Assembly (NCBI GenBank): GCA_964016885.1
Contig: OZ024740.1
Span: 43,090,001-43,154,000, forward strand
Source: Eledone cirrhosa
Taxonomy: Eukaryota
DNA length: 64,000 nt
Direction: 5' to 3'
Shown: piece by piece, positions 43,545 through 57,501 of the stretch
Layout of the letters: the number at the start of each line of letters is the position of its first letter
Position numbering within the stretch: position 1 is the stretch's first letter
The notes under the pieces: generated by a model
The model's database searches: none
Seen by the model: the letters and a program-made list of their open reading frames with translations, nothing else
What the model was told of the DNA's origin: nothing
Translations under genes and position numbers: made by a program

Positions 43545-44040
43545 CCCCGCGAGTAAGATGCAAAAAGATGGCCGTGGAGAACAGCCGGCTACATTCTCTG
43601 CACGAGTCACTCCATATCAGGGATCTTCTCCCTCAGGTGAGATGCATCCATCACAATTTTGTGGAGGAACGAAAACAATGTAGGTCTCGAAAGTTACCAG
43701 TACGAAAGGGAAGCTGTCGGTTAAGTCCCGATATTTGGATGTCTTCATCTCCTCTCTGCTATGGATGACTGCCAATGGGTTTGTGGCCAAAACGACAAGG
43801 CTGGCGTCAGAGAACGTGATCGCAGCACCTTATGTCTCTGACTACATACCCACTTTCTGCCTCGATGCGTATCGTCATCAGATTCGTGTCCCGCGTGCTC
43901 CAGTTATGACGAGAAGCCGGACAAGTGAAGTCCTCTTCAAATGATGCCATTCAATGTGACATGCCGGAGGAACTGACCTGCATTTTGGCCTCTAAATATC
44001 GGGTATAGTCAGAACACGTTGATAATGGCTCTGCACCGGC
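43545..44040 (-). mobile_element. Degenerate CRE-like non-LTR element C-terminus (restriction-like endonuclease)
   Basis: Minus-strand translation across frameshifts gives AE..KTSKYRDLTDSFPFVLVTFET, resembling the AExxKxxKY..F.P..ET RLE tail. Confidence 0.5.
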
Positions 44041-44848
44041 AGTTCACTGAGAAAAACTACATTTAAATCTGAACAAAAGAATTTTCAGGTGTAAACACGG
44101 AGTTCTGTATACCATAGCGTGCATGCAATACACAAAAAATGTCCATACAAACTAATTGGAATATAAATAAGTTTACACAAATTTCTATTTCGGTACTTAA
44201 TATTCAGAAGTTGAGTTCTGCAGAAACATAAAATTTCTTATATTCTAATATTGTAAAATCCCTCAGAGGAAACGAATTTCATATTTCACAAAAATAATTA
44301 TCTTTTAACAAAGAAAAGTGTCAATAAACCTCACATCACGTTTTACCACAGTGCTTTCATGCATTCAAATGTGTCTGTAACGTGATGAGAAGATGTTTGC
44401 CATCATATCTTATATATATATATACATAAGACTATATTTCCTCACTTTCTACTTGTGTATATTTGTGTGGCTCCTCACGTCGAGTAAGGAAAGCTAACAG
44501 CAGTAAAATATACCAAACATTGCAACATGAGGTGAGATCGCAAATTTATGGTGATACAACTGGGGAGGTACCATATCTTCAAACCACCTTGTGAAGACAT
44601 TTCGTTTCATTTCCAGCACTAAAATCTTTCCGAAAGGCTTGAGTGTCGGAAATTCATATTTCCTCTCCCCTAACAATATAAAATAGTGTACCTAATGGAA
44701 ATAAACAAATCAAGATCTACGCTGCTAAAATTTTATCTTGGAAATCAATGAACAACTCACCATCCAATTTTTACCCAATTTGTTATTTCTGTTAAATGAC
44801 GACCATTAACAGAAATGATATTGATTTGATATTAATATTTATAAATTA

Positions 44849-45035
44849 GGGCGGTGAATTGGTAGTATCGGTAGAGTGTCGGACATGCTTTCCAGCATAG
44901 TTACGCTCCCTTACGAGCTGAGTTCAAATCCTGCCGAGGTTAACTTTGCTTTTCATCCTTACGGGGTCGATAGAATAAAGTACCAGTAACGTACTGAGTA
45001 ATTGCTGGCCTTGTGCCAAATGTAGAAACAATTAA
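44849..45035 (+). mobile_element. tRNA-derived SINE (well preserved)
   Basis: A/B boxes, central conserved block, GGCCTTGTGCCAAA tail. Confidence 0.85.
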
Positions 45036-45269
45036 TATTAATAAAAGTTAATAATTTATGAGACATATAATCAAATAGAGAATGAGTTTGTATATCTGCA
45101 GTAAGTCTGCTAGCAGAACTTGGCGTCATTTGAAATTATACCTACCTGAGAAGTTTAGATAAGCACAGTAAGCTAACTAAACCCTATACAGCCAACAAGA
45201 GGAGCTTCTTTATATAGCCAACTAATCGCTAGAAATAATACCTAAATCTCCCCAAACCAGTTGCTACTA

Positions 45270-46374
45270 TCTGAATATATATAAAATTGTGTGTGTGTGT
45301 CTGTGTATTACCTATAGAGGCCTACATCTTACGATCGATTTTCATGAAACTATACAGGCTCATAGATTAGTCATCGGGGAGTGTTTTCTATATATCAGCG
45401 TATCGTTTTTTTTATGCTGGGATCATTCTGCAGATAAAAATCGAAAGGGGGTGGTCACCTTTTTTTTAGGTATCGAAAAATAAGATTTTTGGCTCTAGCT
45501 CCTACATTTTGCCACCGATTTCATTCAAAATTTAAAGCAAAATAGAATTTATCATTGCACATTCTGGCATTGCTTTATATTTTGTATTTGTTGTTCAGGG
45601 ACGGCGTGGCAGCCGCTTAAATACCAATCTAAGACTCAATTTTCCACTTTTTCGGCTCTAGCTCCCACATTAATGAACCTACTTTGTTCAAATTTTACAC
45701 TACGCTAGACCTGATTATTTCACGTCTTCAAGTTGCTTTACATTTTGGATTGTTTGTTCAGGAACGGCGTGGCGACCGCTTAAATATTCGAAAATACCAT
45801 CTTTTCGCTCAAATGTCCGCCTTTTCGGCTCTAGCTCCCATATTTTCCAACCAATTTCGTTCAAATTCGAAACTTCGGCTCCACCTCACACATAAATCAA
45901 TTTACTTGATTCAACTGTTATACTACGATAGAACCTATCATTAGATCCCACATTTTTCAACCGATTTTGTTCAAATTCGAAACTTCGGCTCCACCTCGCA
46001 CATAAATCAATTTATTTGGTTCAACTTTTATACTACGATAGAACCTATCATTGCACATCTTATAGATGGTCAAAGGCAAAACGATGGCTACTGATCTCGT
46101 CTGAGCTTTTAGTTGTGTATTTGAGAATTCATCGGTTTCCAATCAAGTAGCGTGAGGAAATTTGGCTTAGTGTTAGAGGTCATTACCTCCCTCCCCCAGT
46201 ATGCCCCCTCGTCAGTCACCCGCGTTTCTCAGTGATAGAGGTCACCCCCCCCTCACAACATGGCCAGTGTGTGGTCATAGATGAGTTATCGAGAAGCAGT
46301 CGCTAAGATCAACACCTTTTCATCAAAGCAGATATTATTTTACCTACCCAGGCAACGCTGGGTACTGCTGTTAG
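45270..46374 (+). mobile_element. Non-autonomous Helitron
   Basis: 5' A|TC..TATATATAAAA(TG)n; 3' hairpin ACCCAG gcaacg CTGGGT then TTAG|T; internal ~100-bp subrepeats. Confidence 0.7.
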
Positions 46375-46889
46375 TATTAAATAAAGGACATTGTACAATG
46401 TAGATTAGGTTATATTAATCTTGAAAAGGAACGAGTTTGTCATAGATTCAACACTTTTGATAATACGTTTATTTTACCAGAGATAATTCGGGGTTTAACA
46501 ACAAAATGCTCACCAGGCTTACATTGTAATCACTGATCCCTTATTATTTAATTCTAACTCAGGTTTGATAGGGCATATATGATCAAAATACTTTTTGTCA
46601 TGACACATTTTTATTTTCTTTCTATTTTTAGACGAAAGCTGGGGAAATTTTGTTTGCTATATCTAGCAGGGTTAGCGATCACATAGAGGTCTTCTCAGTG
46701 GCTCATCTTCTAGAATTCGCTATCGTTCCTAGTTAACTCCACTGTGCTATGAAGATTTAAGTGTTTTACTCTGGAACATGCTGCAGTGTTTATATCAGTA
46801 TACTTATACTTTCATCGGTAGCCAGTGCATGGCATACTAGACTTTAAATACTTCTTTAAAGCAATTATTGAAATATCGATATATTTATC

Positions 46890-48760
46890 AAACCAAACAT
46901 AAACAATTCTCCTGATGTCTTCTTTTATTGAAATATTTGCATCATTATTGTAATATTTGGGCAAGAGGTCGTGATGCTAACTCTCTGTTTTCCTATGCTT
47001 TATTTACACTGTAAGCTCTTAGCAATAACGTGATCTCTCAACAATATAGACATAGTAAGTAGTTTATCGATTGAAAATCCATGTAGATATAGGGATTTAC
47101 AAAAGCCTACACCTCTTTATGCAGACCTACCAACCTCTAAAAGCCCAAACATGGAGTACCATGCAAAGAAGTGCCCCAAAACGGGGAGAAATTTAGCAAA
47201 ATGGGGAGATTGTGCATATTGAAAGCTATACTCATGTTCACAATAGGAAACATCTCTCCCCACCCATTTTGGGTGGGAGATCTCCCCGTCAGACGAGGTG
47301 AGTTGACAGGTCTGCTTTATGTGTCAAATTATAAACGTTTACCACCTGTAGACCCTCTTGGGAAATAAACTGTTAGCCACCATTCACTAAAATAACTCAA
47401 TATTTATTTAGTGCTTACAATGTTCATTACAAGTGTTTGTGTATACGTCTTGTAACTATTTCTTGTACCCTGGGTATCAGGAATGTATAAGCTAACGATA
47501 AACCCATAATCTAACGAAAGATCATCTACACAGTAGCTGGACCGTCTAGAGCTAGCAGCAAATACCCATCATATCACATCATACAAAATATAAAGTACTA
47601 ATTGGAAAATGCAATACTAAATTACTAGATCATCAGAGAGGAATAATAGTTCGTATTTTCTTCGCAGCTATTTTTAGGTTTAAGAGATCGATATTGCTAT
47701 TATATATCCCTAATCTATCAAGATTAATGTCTCCAAGGAATTAACAGGCCCGAGGAAAGCGAATATTTAGTTAGACGAGTGTGAACACTGTTAGAAACTT
47801 GACTAGGACTGTTGTTAAAACATGTTGGTTCAACATTTATTAGAACTATTACTTGCGATTGTAATCTTTCAAAAAATTTGGCTTTTATAACGCCCACTCC
47901 CAAGAAAAATACAATGACATTCAATTCTTGAGTGTCTTACGAATGTCTGTAATGAATTAATAGCTGAATGAGGAAAAGAATAAAATATTTTGTTATATTT
48001 TATTATAGTTTACAACTTTTATCTTATTAATTTCTTTCTGATATCCAATGATGAGTCTTACAAGAGTTGTTATGCTGCATCTATTAAGACAAACTGATTC
48101 TAAATTCAATACTCATTTAAAAAAACTAATGGTAAATAAAGTTTCCCGGTGGAGACCCTTCATTACAGGTTCAAATGCAATGTACTTACAACAGCACTTT
48201 CAAAATCCATTCACTCCTCTATTTCCTTGCATACACGCCCTTAAATTATTGCCTAATGAAATGTAAGGGTATTATAAAAACAAAAAACAAATCTATACAA
48301 TGTTTATATCAATAAATCTATAAAATGATAATTTTCCTGGTGCCTTCTTTTATTGAAATAGTTGTGTCATTATTGTAATACTTGTGCAAGGAGCAGTGTG
48401 CCTGTTCTGTGCTTTCTTATGCTTCATTTACGCTGTATGCTCTTAGCAACAAAGTCATCTCTCAGCAATATAGATACGGTGGGTAATATATGCGCCTTTC
48501 AAAGTCAAATTAGAAACGTTTATGTAGACCGTCTTTTGGCAACCGTCATTGCCGTCATAACTGTCGTAATTTGTTTAGTGTTTAGAATGTTTAGTGCAAC
48601 AATTTCTATATATGGTTGGTACATATAGTATATTGTATATGAGGAATAACCTAACGAAGGAGCCACAATCTAACGAAGGATCATTTACGCGGTAGAAAGA
48701 ATATTTTACTGCTAGAAATAGCAGCCAAATATACATATCACATCATACAATTTTAAAAGT
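46890..48760. repeat. Old diverged duplication (46890-47600 vs 48310-48760)
   Basis: Shared CTTCTTTTATTGAAATA..CATTATTGTAATA, CTCTTAGCAA, AATCTAACGAA.GATCAT. Confidence 0.6.
47122..47314. mobile_element. MITE with ~13-bp TIRs and 7-bp TSD
   Basis: CAGACCTACCAAC..GTTGACAGGTCTG flanked by CTTTATG on both sides. Confidence 0.7.
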
Positions 48761-49792
48761 ATGAAATTCAATGCAACTCCATGGTTGTCCGGTATTTCAG
48801 TACTACATAGACATTAAAGCAGAGTAGGGAATAATTTCGATTGAAGTATAGACAAGTAAGCACACAAAACTGGTAAATTTACTCTAGCTGATATCACTAA
48901 TATATAATTATTTCTCAGAGACTGCATAATGTCTACTAATCCAAGCACATCAACAAAATTGTACAGTGATCTATTCTTAGATATCGGTCAATGCTTGAAT
49001 ATTCAATATATTGATTCTGCACCTCACCCCACCCCCGAATGAAAAAGAAAGGTAAAAATCATTACTTTGTATACCAAACGTTTCATTTTAACTGACAACA
49101 AAGCCAAGTCAGTATACGAATGAGGCAAAATCCATTCCAATAATATATGCATGGTGTACAGTAATGTCATCTAAATACCTTTAGCATAATTTGTGGTGCG
49201 AAAGTTAACCGGTGGAAGGAAAGCTGAAATATGTTTTATGAGTTCAATTCATGAGTCAGTATCACGATTCATTGAAGCAAATTGATTTCATTAAATTCCC
49301 TAATGTTATTTGAAAAGACATGAAAACTCAAACATTCTCATTTACTACTTTTCTATGAATATAGTGCTCTAAATGTTTGGAACAGGAGGCTTTTTCAACA
49401 GAGAGCCGCTATATTCAGATGTTTCTTTTTACGTTTTGTGTTTAACTACGTGTGTTCCTGATATACATCAACTACGATGATTTTTTATGACAATCTCCTC
49501 TTCTTTATTGGCATGCTACATCCAATATATTCATGTGTTTTTTAAAGACGATACATTATAGCTAATGGAGATTTTGGCTTTGAATTCTAGTAATCTAAGC
49601 GTCTACATAAATAATTAGCATATAATAATTCTCCGATTTACCATTTTATAACCTTTATAGATATACAATCTTCCCACTGCGGCTCATGGTGTCAGACAAT
49701 GTTATGATGACAGGAATATCGCTCAAAACTGACAAAGACATAACTGTACACTGACTATAATACACCATCAAATACCTACGTAGATAGATGTT

Positions 49793-50206
49793 GAAATATA
49801 ACGTACTTACAGGTTCATATATAAGTTACATACATGGTCAGATACGACGTATCTACAAGTTAACACACCATTGTACTTACAGGTTTAAATACAACGTACT
49901 TACATGTTCAAATATAACATACTTACAGCTTCAAATGTAACGCACTTACAGGCTTAAATATAACGTACTAACAGATTCAAATATAACGTACCTACATTTT
50001 CAAATATAATATGATTTCTACTATAGGCACAAGGCCAGCAATTATTCCAGTGTCTTACTGGTACTTTATTTTATGGACCCCGTAAGGATGAAAGGCGCAG
50101 TTAACCTCGGCAGGATTTGAACTGAGACCATAAAGACCCGTAACTCTAAGCACGGCGTCACTTTCAAATATAATATACTTACACGCTCAAATACAACCTA
50201 CTTACA
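49793..50206. repeat. 22-bp minisatellite (AAATATAACGTACTTACAGGTT) interrupted by a SINE at 50013-50161(-)
   Basis: About 12 diverged units. TSD TTTCAAATATAATAT at 49998-50012 and 50162-50176. Confidence 0.8.
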
Positions 50207-50322
50207 GTACCACATTCCAAATCCATTTACTCTTCCAAGTCAAGAAACCAAGCTGTACATTGTCATAAATATTGTTAAAAATAGCAGAGAAACTGACAAT
50301 AAAGAACACCTACATTAGAAAA

Positions 50323-50518
50323 TGATTTCTACTATAGGTAGAAGGCCAGTAATTTGGGGGGAGGGGAATGTCGATTAAATCGACCCAGTACGTTACTGGT
50401 GCTTTATTTTATCGACCCCGTAAGGATAAAAGGCAAAGCTAACCTCGGCGGGATTTGAACTCAGATCGTAAAGGACCGTAACTCTATGCTACAAAGCATG
50501 GTGTCCGACTCTCTCCCA
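50323..50518 (-). mobile_element. tRNA-derived SINE
   Basis: Full family consensus in reverse. Confidence 0.85.
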
Positions 50519-50776
50519 ATACTGCCAATCCACCGCCTTTACAAAATGAGGGGCATATTTGACAACCAAATCAATGATATACTTAAATAAGTGATGGTCA
50601 GGAATTGGACGAAGGTCATCACCATTAGGTCAGCTCTGGGACAAAATAACATCAACAACCATTACCCTTCTTACTAGAAATATCCTAAAAACTGAAAGTT
50701 ATTAATATGAATTTAAACGAGACCGAGCCTATTTATGAATAGATGATTGCTTTAATCAATTTTTAATATTATAATG

Positions 50777-51050
50777 TATTAGTTAATTTATTTATTAATT
50801 AACAATGGCATTTATTTATTTATTTATTTATATATTCAATAATTGACTATAGACAATTATTAAATATATAAATAAATAAATAAATAAATAAATAAATGCC
50901 ATTGTTAATTAATAAATAAATTAACTAATACCTTAACACTTCCCACAACATAAAATATTTTGTTTTAAACATTTTCTAACCCAGGAAAAAAAAGAGAAAA
51001 AAATAAAAGGGAAAAAAAACTTTTTCTTCCTAATAATCGTCTTTTTCTCC
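50777..51050. mobile_element. Fold-back of the pLTR tail of the 7960/11430 PLE family
   Basis: Palindrome 50777-50929; continuation matches 11590-11722. Confidence 0.65.
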
Positions 51051-51421
51051 CTATTATAGACACAAGACTCTCTCATTGGAATTTACAAAACATCAACTAG
51101 GTAGATTATGTATGCATGCATGTGTAGATATGGTTGTTATTGTATGTGTGGATGTTTTCAGTTGTATGTGTGCATGTGTATATGCTTTGCATCTGTACAT
51201 GCGTATATGCAGTTATTAGATGCAAAATTTTGGAATGTTTTACATATTTTTACTGTTCCATTAATGGATTGTACTTGTAATTTCCTAACTGAAGGAAAAC
51301 GTATGTGAAAATTAACTTTTCTTCCCATCTTTATATTTTCTTCTTTTCTTTTTTTCTTTTTTTTTTGTTATTATCATTACCTTCACTACAAATATGCAAT
51401 TTAACAATATACTGCATATCC

Positions 51422-51459
51422 GCAATTGATAATGCATTTAATGCTGAAACCGGTATTGT
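51422..51459 (+). ncRNA. Minimal hammerhead variant, U3-A8 core
   Basis: GCAA-TTGATAA-TGCATT t AATGCT-GAAA-CCGG-TA-TTGT. Confidence 0.65.
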
Positions 51460-51659
51460 AAATAAATTTATGCTTTGAAATTTTACTAAAAATATCTACA
51501 GAAAAAAAACCCTTTTTCCGTTCTACTATTTGTTTATATATATATCAACTCGTGTGTTACCTTTCCACATTCGATATATATATATATATATATATCCTTC
51601 GAAACCGATATATACTTTAGTGTTTCAACTTCACATAACTGCACATATTTTTATCAACA

Positions 51660-52460
51660 GGGTTATCACCATGGTTCTCCACTACAACTGAATCTACTGT
51701 GATCCGAGAAGGTGAAGGACGTTCACCCTGTGAACGTCATTGTCCTTCTCCTCTCTGTAGACGTCCAGTGCCCCCAAAACAAATGTGATGACCTCCTTTG
51801 TAACATGATTCTAGACGAGCTGGTGCACCGTCTCGATCAGCACCGTCTGGTATGTTCTGCTCACCCTTCTAACCCCAACGGAGTTCCATCACTAGCAACT
51901 GACACTTAGTTGAACAGCGACTGCTGGCACATCGGTGTCTCTCTGAGGCTCGCCTCCGTGTCTGTGACCCTCACAAATGCCACTGCAGTACCTCTGTGGA
52001 TCCTTCCAGTCTCCACCCACTGCCATACCGTTACAATGCTGACCACTTCCCACGCCATGTTGCTCTCAACAAGATCATAATGCATGGCCTTGATGACGCA
52101 TGTATCCCTTTATAGAACGATCTAGCGGGGCTGGATCGAGGGGACGGCAAAAGGTGAGGCTGAATGACAATCCTCCCATTCCGCGGGATAGGGACCTCAT
52201 CTGGGAGGCCACCTGCTGTGAAACCTTCTCTATTGGCAAACTGTCCAAGTATCGGCTGTTCTCTAGAAATTGTAACAGTGAAGACTTCCAGAGTTCTTAG
52301 CCCCACTACCACATCCTCTCTCACTGCAATTGGAGCGGAGTTAGCAGCCCGTATGTTCCGACCCCGTGAGGTGGAGTGGCTCTTCCAGTGGGTCTTCCTT
52401 GCCGTCCTCCGGAGCAATATCTTCTCAATCCTGTCGGATGGTAAGTTAGAGATGGACGAT
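51660..52460 (-). other. GC-richer degenerate island, probably a TE fragment
   Basis: Composition shift and broken ORFs; no motif recognised. Confidence 0.25.
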
Positions 52461-53131
52461 ACTCATTCGGACGTTACGCATATACACACATCCACAAAAT
52501 AGTTGAGGTTATTACTTGTTTATGAGAATAACTCGATTCTCATGAATCTAGAAGGCTTAAACTTCCATATAAGCTAATATTTTCACAATATATATTTATA
52601 CGTAACTGTCATATACATAGACACATATATACACACAAATGCATATGTTCTATCTGGACAGCTTCAATCGTAAACTATGCAATCTTTAAAAGTATAATCG
52701 ATTAAGTTACATATCCTAACAAGTGCAAACAATTGAAGTTCAAGATGCCATCATAACACCGATATAGAATCGTTAAGGAAATGTTGTCAAATGGATGTTT
52801 TCTATGATGCATTTCATAGGCTTCGAAGGTGTAAATTCCCATTAAAAGAAGACATGTCTTCCCTTATGGACGCTAGCAGAATAGTTACAGTCGTATGAAA
52901 TAGAGAAGCCATGTTTGCTACATGCATTAAAAACATATTAGTTATTTAGGGATGAGAGAAAATGTCAAAATATATTCACAAACAGATACATGCACACACA
53001 GACACACACATATAGACACGCACATATATACCCCACCTTATACTAACGAATAAAATGAAAATGAAGAAAATATTATTGATTACGTTTTTACACACTATGT
53101 ATATATGTATGTATCGATGTATGTATGTATC

Positions 53132-53238
<107 letters not shown>

Positions 53239-53330
53239 CTATATTTGGCAATAGTATTACAACAATATGACCCTCCCCAAATATAATAATATTTGTTTCG
53301 ACATACGATTTAATATAAAAAACCTCGGAA

Positions 53331-53369
<39 letters not shown>

Positions 53370-53372
<3 letters not shown>

Positions 53373-53934
53373 CGAAACATAAGTCAATTGCATGAACTCA
53401 TAATCCTTTATTTACTGCCATATATATTTCGATGATAGCTATTGAATGGCTATGACCTCATCAGGCAGTTAGTCAGTTCTTAGATATGCCAGCCCTGTGT
53501 TTATAGTGTTGATGGTATCAGAGCCTTGGGACATATGAGCTTGTTAGGAATAATTTAATGTTGTCAGCAGGAATAGTCTTAATTCTCATTGGTCAGTTTG
53601 TAGATGCTAGTAGGGTTGATATTTGAACTTAAAGAGGCAGGTGGTGTTGTAAAGTTCAAACCGTCAGGCAAGATGACAATAGTTCCATATGACTGATTTT
53701 CACAAAAAGCATTCCTGGTCAGATATATATTCAATTAAGGTTAATAGTATGAAATAGATACTACTGGTCATTCTTAAATTGAGGAATTTATGTGGAGTGG
53801 TGCTACTGAAATGTATGGTTAGAGTAGAACATTTAGAAATAAAAGGTTTATGCTGGTTGACTTGTACGTACACTCACACCTACCCCCTCAGACACACACA
53901 CATCTACACACACAAATCCATACAGGTGTGTGTA

Positions 53935-53970
<36 letters not shown>

Positions 53971-54858
53971 TGTATGTACGCACAAGTATATATATATATA
54001 AAATATATATATATACACAGAACATACATATATATAAAATATATACATATAAAATATATATATATACATAAAATATATACATATATAAAATATATACAGA
54101 CATAAAACATGCATACATAAAACATACATACATAAAACATACATACATATATATATATCAAATACACATACATATAAGTCGGCCCTTCTGTTTAATAGCT
54201 TGGTTCCGCCATGAAGTATCTCGAGTGTCTCACTAAGACAGAGGTTGCAAATACCAGACCCGCCCCTGTTGGGCGAACCTTTCTAACCACGGACCAGACC
54301 AGAGAGTGCGGGGTCTTTTCAAGTTTTATCTTCCAGATCAATTCACAAAGGGCCGTACATTTCCTCTCATCTATTCTGTTAAAGGAATGGCAATGGTTAT
54401 AGCACCGATCTTTGAAGCTCGTCGCTGTGTATCCTATGTAGTGGTGCTCCGAGTTAGGGGTTGTGACCTTACACCTGTAGATTACGTTTTTCGTCATGCA
54501 TTCATTACTAAGGGGGCATAGTGATGGGTCTCTGCAATTACATGACTTCTTAAGCCCCACCACATGTACCGCGTGGTTACCATCACTCGGGGTTGCCTGG
54601 GTAGCCTCCGCAATCAGCACAGAGTCGTTGGGATCCGGTGTGCTAGTTGGGCCTGTCCGCGTTCCGGTGCGTCCCGCGTGCTGGTTCTGTTGAGTGGCTC
54701 CGGGGTTTACGGTGGTATTAGAGGAAGTGAGCCTATTCCTATTTATGCCAGCTATGTGCTGGGCTACGGAGCGTGTGGTTGAGTAGGAAAGTTTCACCGC
54801 GTGCCTGTTGAATATTTTATGGTACTTGTGGGCTCTAGGTAAAAATTTATCCAGTACT
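53370..54858 (-). mobile_element. 5'-truncated Naiad-type PLE (EN 54180-54858; HHR 53414-53469), interrupted by microsatellite
   Basis: KYHKIFNRHAVKLSYS..CNCRDPSLCPL..NVIYRC..YIGYT..FKDR..NH..TALCELIWKIK. Confidence 0.85.
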
Positions 54859-54860
54859 CA

Positions 54861-54911
<51 letters not shown>

Positions 54912-55554
54912 TTGTGAGGTTATTTACATATATATATGTAAGGATATATACATTTATATATATATGCATATAAACTTCGTTTTTTATTTGTTTTCTAAGA
55001 TTCTATATGTGAATTCATGGTTCACCCGTCCAAATAATTATGACAATAAATCTATCTGTCTGTCTACACACACACACATACATATATATATATTTATGTA
55101 AAAATATTCAAGATATAGTCCAACTCAAGTTAGTAGGATGAGTTTAAGTATAATTATTGAAATCAGATTGGAACTCTTGAGAATATATAGTATTCTTTAA
55201 AATATACATCGTCTGATTAGCCTAATTTGCTTACCGAGCGATTTATGGCTGACTTTGCTGAAAATTAAAAACAAAACTTGTTTTCGTTTTAACATAGCGT
55301 ATACGGAACTGCATTCGTGAGAGAATAATAATTATTTCATAGGATGACTATGAAAAGATGATGCTTGTATTGGGAAATCTTGCGTGCAATAATTTCAAAT
55401 CTTCATATTAATAACTGTATTGCTTCCTTCTAGGAACTATGTTGAAAAATAAACATGATTTGATCATTCCTTGAGAATACCTTGGTGAGCGTATGAATAT
55501 TTCAGCGTATGAACGTTTCAGCCGACCTTCGTAAATATATATATATACATACGT

Positions 55555-55760
55555 GTTTTGAAATATTTACTTCTGCGTTCACAGATTGACTTTTTTAGTT
55601 TCAGAAGATCCCGTTAAGGGTGAAAGCAGCGATTCTTTGCTTAAAAATTAATCTGTTATTTTAATAAATATTTGCTCTACGGTTCTTATATATCTGATAT
55701 ATATTTATCCTTATCGAGCCCTCTTTGGATTTTAGTCTTCATATTTATTATTATTACTAT
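55555..55760 (+). mobile_element. Solo pLTR of the 6422-6990 family
   Basis: Near-identical to 6790-6990. Confidence 0.8.
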
Positions 55761-55779
55761 ATATATATATATATATATG

Positions 55780-56132
55780 AACATTCGCTATGAGTTTTAA
55801 AGTAGTGACTATGTCACTTACTTATTCTCAGCAAAACCAACAGAGAACGGCGACAGACAGTCTGTTTCTCGCTTGTGAACGTCTATCAAGACCACACACC
55901 AAGTTGCTTTTGCCAAGAATTATAGAAGCTGAATTCTTATAGAATTTCAGTAATAATCAGGAGTTTGTCGGCCGCTCTCTGTTGTTTTTGCCGAGAATAA
56001 TTAAGTGACATAGTCACTACTTTAAAACTCATAGTGAATGGTCTTCTAAATGATTTTAATTAAACATACAGTATATAGCCAAATATACTATACATACATT
56101 CATGTATACATCGCTATTTCAGAGGCACCAAT

Positions 56133-56137
<5 letters not shown>
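55780..56137. repeat. Fold-back element (arms 55782-55856 / 55965-56040) plus tail, in (TA)n
   Basis: CTATGAGTTTTAAAGTAGTGACTATGTCACTTA and its reverse complement. Confidence 0.7.
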
Positions 56138-56198
<61 letters not shown>

Positions 56199-56587
56199 TA
56201 GATATATATAAGTTTGAAGAATAGTCAAACAAAATGATTCCAATGTTTTGTTCTTAGTCCGTAGAAATCAACTAGATAAATAATCATTTAAATGAAGCTA
56301 AGTTTAAAATGTAACTTTGAATAGATAATAGATAAATATTACCGATATTCCTTTATGAGGAACAGTCAGATGAAATTTACCCAGTCTTTCCTCTTAGTCC
56401 TTAGAAATTAACTAGATAAATAATCAATTAAACGGAGGTAAGTCTAAAATGTAAGTTTGAAGGGAAAAAAATAGAATATACATACATATATATGATAAAC
56501 ATTGATTGCCAGATGATTTAACTATGGAGATATAAATGATACAGAAGCGAAAACCAATCCAAACCAAACAATTTATTATTATATGTT

Positions 56588-57130
<543 letters not shown>

Positions 57131-57224
57131 TTAATGCCCGATGACTAAAAACGACCCCCACCCCCATTTTTTTTAAACGGCAACTGACAAAATGTATACA
57201 ATGGTTGCGAGACACTACTGTTTA

Positions 57225-57420
57225 ATACGGGATGTTTGTTTATAATAAATGTTCGGTGAATCCATACGTACATATATATATGTGTGCATGTATGTATATA
57301 TATATATAAATACTACTGTACGACTGTATACATATATGTATGTACGTATACATACTTATATTTAAGTAACAGCCGTACTAAGAGTGGGAAATGAAATTTC
57401 GTTTCATTTTTTCCGTTTAT
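57225..57420 (+). repeat. Family A retrozyme fragment
   Basis: TATAATAAATGTTCG..CCGTACTAAGAGTG.GAAATGAAATTTCGTTTCAT. Confidence 0.65.
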
Positions 57421-57423
57421 ATA

Positions 57424-57499
<76 letters not shown>

Positions 57500-57501
<2 letters not shown>

